From Macrostomum hystrix (Eukaryota > Animalia > Platyhelminthes), in the NCBI GenBank assembly GCA_950097015.1, contig CATNEN010000038.1, forward strand, positions 19,778,001-19,842,000: DNA of 64,000 nucleotides. Reading direction: 5' to 3'. The first letter of the stretch is position 1; each line of letters starts with the position of its first letter. A program made the translations under genes and the position numbers. Below are positions 47,212 to 57,900 of this stretch, one piece after another. Under the pieces are notes generated by a model, which did no database searches, was not told where the DNA came from, and saw only the letters and a program-made list of their open reading frames with translations.

Positions 47212-50200
47212 ATGCGCTTAATTCACAGAGAGATTAACAAAGATAGATCAGGTCAGCTGACCCTGCTGCCAGAGAATCCTGAGGACATGTGGCATGCTTA
47301 CAATCTAGTTAGAGTGGGTGACCGCTTGCGTAGTACAACAGTGCGCAAAGTTACCACAGAGAATGCAGCTGGCACAGTTAGTTCCCAGAAGCAGCGAACT
47401 ACCCTCACTATACTGGTGGAGTCTGTCTACTTCGATGTTCAAGGCTGCTCACTGCAGGTTTGTAACTTTCAAAAGGGTGATACCACTTTCAAATCCTAAA
47501 TGTCAACTTTAAATTCAAATTCGACAACAGATTCGATTTTGTCGAATATATCTCTAATTATCAGATCCCTTCTCCTCAATCATCGAATCCCTACTTCCCA
47601 ATGATCTGATACCTTCTCCCAAATCATCAAATCCCTACTTCCCAATCATCTGATACCTTCTCCCCAATCATCAAATCCCTACTTCCCAATCATCTGATAC
47701 CTTCTCCCCAATCATCAAATCCCTACTTCCCAATCATCAGATCCCTACTTCCCAATCATCAGATCCCTACTTTCAAATCGTCAGATCCCTACTTCCCAAT
47801 CATCAGATCCCTACTTTCAAATCGTCAGATCCCTACATCACAATCATCAGATCCCTACTTCCCAATCATCAAATCCCTACTTCCCAATCATCAGGTCCAT
47901 TTTTCCCAATCATCAGATCCCTACTTAGCAATCATCATATTCCTACTTCCCAATCATCAGATCCCTACTTTCAAATTATCAGATCCCTAGTCTTCAAATC
48001 ATCAGATCCCTAATCCTCAAATTATCAGATCCCTACTTTCAAATCATCAGATCCCTAATCCTCAAATTATCAGATCCCTACCTTCTAATCATCAGATCCC
48101 TAATCCTCAAATTATCAGATCCCTACCTTCTAATCATCAGATCCCTAATCCTCAAATTATCAGATTCGTATCTTGTAATCATCAGATCCCTAATCCTCAA
48201 ATTATCAGATCCCTAATCCTCAAATTACCATATCCCTACCTTCTAATCATCAGATCCTTACTTTCTAATCCCTCAGATCCGCATTCGCATATTCAAATTT
48301 GCCAGGTGAAAGGTCGCAACGCCGAGGAGAATGCCTATGTTAAGATGGGCGCCTATCACACTATTGATTTGGAATTGCAGCGCAAATTTACTATAGTGAA
48401 AGACGAATGGGACAGCGTGTCTCTGGATCGAGTCGACGAAGCTACGGATATCACTAGACACGCCGACCTGTCGGCTGTCATAATGCAGGAGGGCCTAGGC
48501 CACATCTGTCTCATAACATCGTCAATGACGCTAGTTAGATGCCGCGTCGAGGTGAATGTGCCGAAGAAGCGCAAAGGCTTTCAATCGTCTCAGTTGGATA
48601 AAGCGATGATGAGATTCTACGAACAGTTATACCAGGGCATCAATAAGCACATCAATTTCAGCATTGTCAAGTGTGTCATTGTTGCCAGTCCCGGCTTTAC
48701 TAAGGAGGACTTTTATGACTATTGCTTCCGACAGGCCATTAAAGAGGATAACAAAGTGTTACTAGAGAACAAGTCGAAGTTTGTGCTGGTGCATTCATCT
48801 AGCGGCCATCGGCAAGCTCTGAAAGGTTAGATTTGCACCCTGATCAAATTTGTTATTGTTTCATTTTTTGGCATTTTAACATAACGGCTTCCTACTTATA
48901 CATTCGCAGAAGTGCTAGAGGACCCGGGCATTGCTAACAAACTGGCTGACACTCGAGCCGCATCAGAAGTGAAAGCTCTAGCCGATTTCTATTCTATGCT
49001 GAAATCTGATCCGTCAAGAGCCTTCTACGGTGTCAAGCACGTTGAACTGGCTAATGAAAATCAGGTAAATTGGAACTAACGATACATTCCCTGATCCTCA
49101 GTTAGGGATTTGGAACCATGACACCTTCCCTGATCCTCAGTTAGGGATTTGGAACCAATGACACCTTCCCGGATCCTCAGTTAGGGATTTGGAACCAATG
49201 ACACCTTCCCGGATCCTCAGTTAGGGATTTGGAACCATGACACCTTCCCTGATCCTCAGTTAGGGATTTGGAACCATGACACCTTCCTGGATCCTCAGTT
49301 AGGGATTTGGAACCAATGACACCTTCCCTGATCCTCAGTTAGGGATTTGGAACCAATGACACCTTCCCTGATCCTCAGTTAGGGATTTGGAACCAATGAC
49401 ACCTTCCCTGATCCTCAGTTAGGGATTTGGAACCATGACACCTTCCCTGATCCTCAGTTAGGGATTTGGAACCATGACACCTTCCTGGATCCTCAGTTAG
49501 GGATTTGGAACCAATGACACCTTCCCTGATCCTCAGTTAGGGATTTGGAACCAATGACACCTTCCCTGATCCTCAGTTAGGGATTTGGAACCAATGACAC
49601 CTTCCCTGATCCTCAGTTAGGGATTTGGAACCAATGACACCTTCCCTGATCCTCAGTTAGGGATTTGGAACCAATGACACCTTCCCTGATCCTCAGTTAG
49701 GGATTTGGAACCATGACACCTTCCCTGATCCTCAGTTAGGGATTTGGAACCATGACACCTTCCCTGATCCTCAGTTAGGGATTTGGAACCAATGACACCT
49801 TCCCGGATCCTCAGTTAGGGATTTGGAACCAATGACACCTTCCCGGATCCTCAGTTAGGGATTTGGAACCATGACACCTTCCCTGATTCTCAGTTAGGGA
49901 TTTGGAACCATGACACCTTCCTGGATCCTCAGTTAGGGATTTGGAACCAATGACACCTTCCCTGATCCTCAGTTAGGGATTTGGAACCAATGACACCTTC
50001 CCTGATCCTCAGTTAGGGATTTGGAACCAATGACACCTTCCCTGATCCTCAGTTAGGGATTTGGAACCAATGACACCTTCCCTGATCCTCAGTTAGGGAT
50101 TTGGAACCAATGACACCTTCCCTGATCCTCAGTTAGGGATTTGGAACCAATGACACCTTCCCTGATCCTCAGTTAGGGATTTGAAACCAATGACACCTTC

Positions 50201-52036
50201 CCGGATCCTCAGTTAGGGATTTGGAACCAATGACACCTTCCCGGATCCTCAGTTAGGGATTTGGAACTAATGATACCTTCCCTGATCCTCAGTTAGGGAT
50301 TTGAAACCAATGACACCTTCCCGGATCCTCAGTTAGGGATTTGGAACCAATGACACCTTCCCTGATCCTCAGTTAGGGATTTGGAACTAATGAGACTTAC
50401 CCCGATCCTCAAAGGCAGGAAGCCTTAACTAATCCTTAATTTGGAATTTAGAGCTAACGACACCGCCCATTCACAGATCCCAAAACGCCCAATCCTCGAT
50501 TACAGACGGGAATTTGTAACTAGCTATTATGCTTTGAAGCATTATATAGTGAATTTTTTGCCCGTAGATCCTCATTATTATCCCTTTAAGCAATTAACAT
50601 CGCACGGTCCTTACTTTCAATCGTCTCAGTTGAATAAAGCGATGATGAGATTCTACGAACAGTTATACCAGGGCATCAATAAGCACATCAATATCACTCT
50701 ACCCAGGCTATCGAGGTGCTCCTAGTATCCGACAGTCTGTTCCGTTCCAACAAGATCGAGGAGCGACGACGCTTTGTTAAACTGGTCGACTCCGTGAAAG
50801 AGAACGCCGGCCAGGTGCGAATCTTCTCCAGCCTCCATCCCAGCGGAGAGCGTAAGTCACCTTCCACAGCATGCCTGCTGTTCTTAACCCTTGGATTTAA
50901 ATGCTATTTAATCCCAGCTTTTAGAGATCCTGATCCCTTCTTTTAGTTATCTCTGAACCCAGCTTTTAGAGACCCTAATCCCAGCTTCTACGGACCTCTA
51001 ATCCCAGCTTCTAGGCACCCTTTTCCCAGCCTCTAGGGATCTCTATTCTCAGCTTCTTGGGATCTCTATTCCCAGCTTTAAGGGATCTCTAATCCCAGCT
51101 TCTAGAGACCTCTAATCCCAGCTTCTAGGGATATCTGATCCCAGCTTCTAGGGATCTCTGATCCCAGCTTCTAGGGATCTCTGATCCAAGCTTCTAGGGA
51201 TCTCTATTCCCAGCTTCTAGGGATATCTGATCCCAGCTTCTAGGGATCTCTGATCCCAGCTTCTAGGGATCTCTGATCCCAGCTTCTAGGGATCTCTGAT
51301 CCCAGCTTCTAGAGACCTCTAATCCCAGCTTCTAGGGATATCTGATCCCAGCTTCTAGGGATCTCTGATCCCAGCTTCTAGGGATCTCTGATCCCAGCTT
51401 CTAGGGATCTCTGATCCCAGCTTCTAGGGATCTCTGATCCCAGCTTCTAGGGATCTCTGATCCCAGCTTCTAGGGATCTCTGATCCAAGCTTCTAGGGAT
51501 CTCTATTCCCAGCTTCTAGGGATATCTGATCCCAGCTTCTAGGGATCTCTGATCCCAGCTTCTAGGGATCTCTGATCCCAGCTTCTAGGGATCTCTGATC
51601 CCAGCTTCTAGGGATCTCTTATCCCAGCTTCTAGGGACCCTCAAGCCGGCTTTTAAGGGATCCCGACCTGATCCCACTCCTAGCTTTTTAGGATCTCTGT
51701 AATCCCAGCTTTCCGGGATATTTAATCATAGCTTTTACCATTTTAAGCTGCCTACCATCATTTTAATCTTAAATAGTAAAAAGGTAGAACTAATTATCAA
51801 AGTATTTGTTTACATTCTCAAACATTCTTCCCTCCCATCTCAAATCGACATCGGCAGAGCTCAACCAGCTCACAGGTGTGGCTGCAATTCTTCGCTTCCC
51901 AATGCACGAGCCTGATGATAGCGACGCTGGCGAAGATTATCCCGACGATTTGACTGTTCCAAACTCGGCTACTGCCTCGTCGGCTGCAGTCGCACCTGCC
52001 GCTGTAGCTCCTTACATACGCGCTGAATGTTACTAA
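47212..52036 (+). CDS. pelo: Protein pelota (Dom34), ribosome-rescue factor; exons 47212-47457, 48306-48825, 48910-49064, 50707-50851, 51858-52036
   Basis: [85 protein letters not shown]; the splice phases are consistent. Confidence 0.97.
47555..48280. repeat. About 21-22-bp minisatellite in pelota intron 1 (AATCATCAGATCCCTACTTCCC)
   Basis: Read directly. Confidence 0.92.
49085..50412. repeat. 39/40-bp minisatellite in pelota intron 3 (CCCTGATCCTCAGTTAGGGATTTGGAACCAATGACACCTT), about 33 copies
   Basis: Read directly. Confidence 0.97.
50910..51720. repeat. 23-bp minisatellite in pelota intron 4 (CTGATCCCAGCTTCTAGGGATCT)
   Basis: Read directly. Confidence 0.95.
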
Positions 52037-53469
52037 TTATCTCTTTTATGTTTTGATTTCTTAAAACTATTTTTTGGCTTTCAATTGCTGCTTTAATTAA
52101 TTATCTACGAGCGTATCTATTTTTGTCGACCTCCGGAATTTTAGAGATTTTATTTCTTTATAATTTAGTTTTAATCTCAGTTTCCGGATTATTTTGTTTA
52201 AATTGAAACTAAATATGAATCGGTGTTTGCAGTGAAATTTTACAGCTGGGTTAGCTGAAGCGCTAAAAAATCCTGTGTTTTGCTGGAGGTATAGGTTCCC
52301 AATTAGTTTTACGTGTTTGGGTACCTACCTACGTACAGGCAGATATTCAAGATGGCGCCAATTAGCCTCCGTTCTGAGTTATATTTTTATTTCTAAGCTC
52401 CTACTTTAATTATTAGAAATTTGCTGACCGATTGCTATTCTACTCTTAGTAGTAGCAATTTCATTGGAATTATCGCCTAAAATTTGCTGACGTCAATATT
52501 CATATAATTCTTTTTTCAAAAGAAATAACTGTCATAGAGAAAGTATTTATTTTTTGTCTTTTAATTTTAACTTCCTGATGACCAATGAAAACTAAACTAT
52601 TTAATTGTAAGCAATCATTACCGGTAGATAGACCACAGGATAGCTCGCAAACCCAATTACCGATTTTCGTGAATAGATCTCAATTTTCCGCTTCCGAGTG
52701 AGCATCGTCGAGAGTTTCAACGTTTCTTGTCGAAGGCCCTGGTGACAAGGCCAAAAACAGTACTCTATTCGGCTACAATGCTTCGATATATTAATTAACA
52801 ATTAGACCAATACCCGACAACAATGATTGAATAACTCGCCGATGCCGTTGTTTCGTGATTCTGAAATCGGAAGTTGTTTAATCGGATAGAGTGAGAAAAA
52901 ATTTGCACGTGTTCAGGATTGGAGATACCCCGTGTTCTTTCTACTGTTCAATAAACAAATCTCCGTATTTCCAATATTTAACTTCCCGTTTCTGAGTTCA
53001 GTTTATTTGCTGATAATAGCAACATCTATTAATTTCCTTTTTCTGCCCATGTTTTAAATCGCTTAACCTAGTTTTTTTTCCACAGTTTTAAACGTTGACA
53101 GCAAACCTCTACAATAATATGTTAAGACTTGCGCATTAACCTACTAACAATAGCTGACAGGTAGTAACATCGTCGCAATTCATTTTTTGTCTTTTGCTTG
53201 GCTTGACACAGATCCTACCTTAGCTTCCGTCATTATCCAGTTTCAGCTGTCAGGTAAAATTGCTTCTGTTGGTATTGTTAACTATAGTTTTAACAAAAAC
53301 TAAGATGTTTGTCGGTGTTTAGTGCATATTGACGAGAAGCTGAAAACTAAAACTGTTTTCAAATCTCACCAGTGATTTAATTAGCTACTGAGTATTTTAT
53401 TTTCATTTTGTTTAATCACAATTCCTAGGCCCTAGATTATTCAAATGTACTTTTTGTACAACCAAGAGA

Positions 53470-53765
53470 TTGTAGCCTAGTGGTTTGAGCGTCGGATAAA
53501 CGATTTGAAGGTCGGGGGTTCGATTCTGACTCCACTGAAACAATTTGTGTCCTTTAGCAAGACACTTAACTCTGCATTGCTTCAGTTCACCCAGCTGTTA
53601 AATGGGTTCCAGCATCAGCTGGGATAATTGAAGGTGGGTGTGGCGTCCCCCCAGTCCATGGACTGAACAGCTGTACGCAGCCTTCAGATGCGCCGCGCAT
53701 TAGCTGCGGCTGTGCTGCCGGCTGAACATCTGATCAATTGGGGCAGGTGTAATCAATTATTTTAT
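53470..53765 (+). mobile_element. tRNA-derived SINE family B with MIR-like CORE domain
   Basis: A box TAGCCTAGTGG and B box GGTTCGATTCT, then TGTGTCCTTTAGCAAGACACTTAACTCTGCATTGCTTCAGTTCACCCAGCTGTTAAATGGG. Confidence 0.8.
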
Positions 53766-54954
53766 AATTAATTAATAATTCTTATTTTGTACCACCTATA
53801 GCAGCCAATTAAATGAGACAAGATAAGTAGCATTTTCAGCTTTAAAACCAATCATTAACTGTGCGCCTCGTATTATACATATTCATAACAGAATTCATAG
53901 CTATTAAGCAGGTGTGTGTGAATGCGCAATTTTTCATTATTTATAATTCAGTTTTTCAAAATCTCTCATAAAAAATTAAAGTCAACGGTAATGTTGGACC
54001 TTAAAGAATTAAGTAAACGCAGCTTGTTAGGATTTAATTAACTGCTCTCCTAATTATGGGTTTTAGTTCAGCTGAAGATCGTATATATATATATTATTTC
54101 TAAATTGCGTTCTCATTTGAGTCAATAATGTTTTTTTTAATTCGAGTTGAATTAAAACAAAAAATATTGTCAGTGTGTATATACACTTAGTAAAAATGTC
54201 AGGTATTTGATGAAAGAAATGTGCTTGTGGAGTATAGTTGATCAGGAAACTTACTTAGGTTTTTACGAAGCTCGCTATAAAAAAGCATAAGTTTCGCGAA
54301 CGATTTAGCATTTGTGAAGTTGGTTTTAAACAAAATAATATCAAAGCCAGCCTTACTTTTACAGCTGTGTTATGCCATTGGGGTGCAACTGTTATCTAGT
54401 TGAGTGTGCTGATAGCATTTTGTACAGCTTATTAAAGATACTACACTTTGATTGATAGTAGCTATGGGGTTTTAAAGATAGAGGTAAACTTTATTTACAC
54501 CATATACTATTAACATAGATCTGCCAAGTCTGTTAACAACTGTTCTGTGATTATTACCGAGATAGTGTAAATTAGACAAAGAGGACAATTTGTAAAACTC
54601 GTTTGTGGAGCCTAAGAATAATAAATAAACAATTATCCAAAGATAGGCTCCATATTGTGACATGGCATGCAATGGTGCGTATATGAGACTAGTTCAGGGG
54701 GTTAGGGATACTCAAGCTACTGCTAAATGGATCTGTGATATTCGCGTGCTCAACAATGTTGCTCTAACAATTACCGCCCTAGTATTGTTTCGCCTTGGCC
54801 ATCTAATCTGCCAATAAAATTGGGTTTCAAATCATTTGTAAGGAAATATATACGATTCAATTGGTTTAAAATGTCCACAGACAGCTCTCGTCATATCGTC
54901 GGCTGTGAAATTCAGCTGCTTAAAAACTTGTCGCTTATCGGAAACGCCCGGACT

Positions 54955-57900
54955 TCAGTTACAGATGTGCATCACCTTCTCCTCCACGCAGGTCTTGCAG
55001 CGCACGTGGCAGCACCACTCGAACTTGCACTGGCAGCTTTGCGCCTCCTTGACGCGCCGCGAGACGTAGCCACGCTGGCAGCAGAGCTTCGAGCAGCTGG
55101 TATGCGGGTCCTCCGGGTTCAGGAAGCACTCCCTGTTGCGGGTGCCCTGAATGCCCAGGGTGCCATTGGGCCGGCAGAAGTCTGGCGAGTCGGCCAGGAA
55201 GACTAGCTCGCTGCGGCGCGGCCTCCTGCGCTGACGCTGGCGACGGCGCCGGCTTTGGGTGGACCGGCCGGCGCGTGAACTCGACGCCGGCGAAGCGTCG
55301 CTGCTGTTGGCCGACTGCTTGAGGCGCAGACCGAAGCCGCGGGTGGCCAGTTTGACTCGCACCGCACGGTCGTAGAGCTCCAGGAGGCGCTCGCCGATCT
55401 GCTTGAAGGAGCGGAGCTGCTGCCAGCAGGTGCGCAGCGAGCAGGAGCCGCTGACGCCGTGGCATTTGCAGCCGATTTCGGCGCTCTTGAATACAATCTG
55501 CGGAGAGGGCGGCGGCTCCAGCTGATCTTGAAATAAGCTTAAAGTACATTCATAGAAATGAAGCTGCTCAGTCCATGGACTGGGAAGCCAATACACCCAG
55601 CAATATTTTTCCTTTGTAATTAATAATAATAATAATAACTTCAGGAGGGCTGCGGGCAAAGGCACTAGATCCGCAGACAGCGAGGAGGCAATTCTGCCCG
55701 TTTCGCTGACTCCTGAGCGCACACTCACGCTAATAACGTACGCAGGTATACAGGTGTGTACATGTGCCCTGAATTTCTCATCGTCCGGCAGTGTACACTC
55801 TCACTGTGCCTTGGAGATTGGCCCTCAAGCGTGTAAATTATACGACAAGCCCCCCAAGCCTTCCCTCCGTGGCTGCGCCCCAAATGAATGTGGCCTCGCC
55901 GTAGAATCGAACTCAAGGACCTTGGTGCGAGAGGCGAACGCTTTAAGGGCGAGGACTTCTTAGGAACTGAAACCACTGAGTTAAGTGTATTGCTCAAAGA
56001 CACGAACTATTCTATTGTAGACGGGAATCGAACCTCCAAAACCTCATAACTTTCTCCCTCTTAGAAGTCCAGAGATCTAACCTCTAGATCTAATATAATC
56101 CTAGTCTAAATAAATTTTCAGAACTTATCGTAAATAGACAATAGAGACCTAAATGTGTCAACGTCCAGAACATATTTAAAATCATTAAATCGTTGAAAAT
56201 CGTTAGAAATCGTTACTAAATTGTGACAATTAGCTGCATCAACGTTGAAAAGTTTGTAGGCAATCAAAGCCTATATTGTGCTCTCAGGCTGCTGTTTGTG
56301 CCTAGGGCTGTGTTTCGATCGCTAAAAAAGTAGAAAAAAAGATTTGCTTAATATTGAATAGCAAAAAACTGTCTATGCTATATAGCGATTCAATTACGCG
56401 AGTATGCATGTTACTTATTTTCTGGGCCATTAACTAATTTTAGCTTCTTTAGTAGAATGCTGGACTAATTAAATACTCGTTCAATACCGATACGCGCATT
56501 TTACCGTTGTTTGCCTCGCGGCAAAGCCCAATTTTCTAGCGCGGGGGATTAAAAGGCAATTCGCGCTAATCCCCTGTTTACAACCCTCTACTATCACAGT
56601 GAATTGTCTAGCATTGTGCGAAAATGGTCGCCCATTGTGCCTTTAGTAGGGCCAGACTAAAATAGAAAAATAACAATATAGCTAAATGTAAGAATGTTGA
56701 GCATGAGTTCGTGTCTGGTTTTTTATGAGTCTGGCTCGTGGCGTAGGAGTAACTTTACTTTGAGACTTATATTTTTTCGAGGCCTTGTGAGTCTTGGTGT
56801 CGGGTAAGTGTGGAAGCTACTCAAACTGCTTCTATTTGGGGAGAGGTGAAACTGAATTCATCTTAACTATTTCATATTTTCGCTTGAGCCCACACAAAAA
56901 TTTATATTCTATAAGACTGAAATTGACTTTATGTTGAGTCAATTATCCATGATATGCGACCTAAAGTTGCTCATCCAATCAGCTTCCCTGAAGCCTCCCT
57001 GAGGCCTTTCTGAACCCCTTGTCAAGCCTCCCTGAAGCCTCCATGAGGCCTTTCTGAAGCCTCCCTGAAGCCTCCATGAGGCCTTTTTGAAGCCTCCCTG
57101 TAGCCTAACTGAAGCCTCACTGAAGTGTATCTGAAGCCTCCATGAAGCCTTACTGAAGTGTATCTGAAGCCTCCATGAAACCATCCTTAAGCCTCCACTG
57201 ACTATTGAAGCCTTTTTGAAGCCTCCCTGAAGCCTCCACTGAAGCCTTTCTGAAGCCTCCCTGAAGCCTCCACTGAAGCCTTTCTGAAGCCTCCACAAAG
57301 CCTCCCTGAAGCCTCCCTGAGGCCTCAGTGAATTCACACCGTTCAGGTGCGTCCAGGCTTCCAGTCACTCACCCGCCGGCCGACTTCATTGTTGTGCAGG
57401 TTGACCATTGTCTTAGCCAGTTCCATGCTGTGTCTGGGATGGTTCTGCTCGGACTCCTTGGCATCAATGAAGCCCTTGGCAAAGTCATAGCCGAACATCA
57501 CATCGTCGCCGCAGCCGCCCCAGATCCAGTCGCGATTCAGGTTGCTGGGCCGCAGAGCTTTGGAGCAGCCGCATTTGCTCAGGAACGGCCCCGGGCCGAT
57601 TTCGCCATCCTGGGCGGCGCGCTTGCAGGCCCTTGAGACCGAGTGGACAACTCCGGCCGCCGTGATGGCGTGCGCGAAGGACGACTCGCGAGTTGGTGCT
57701 GTGGGACGGCATGGGATCGTCAGAGTGATGTGAATTTAGACAACAGATAGCCTGACATGACCGATGGGCTGTCATGGCCGATAGGCTGTCATGACTGATA
57801 GCCTGTCATGACCGATAGTCTGTCATGACCGATAATAATAATAATAACAATTTCAGGAGGGCTGCGGGCAATGGCTCTTCATTTGGTGACACTTGACCTG

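Noticed and set aside
55500-55728. N-terminal part of the 257-aa Wnt ORF (and the similar 5' extension of the 231-aa TIR ORF)
   Set aside because: This is intron/SINE read-through upstream of the true acceptors at 55497 and 35494.
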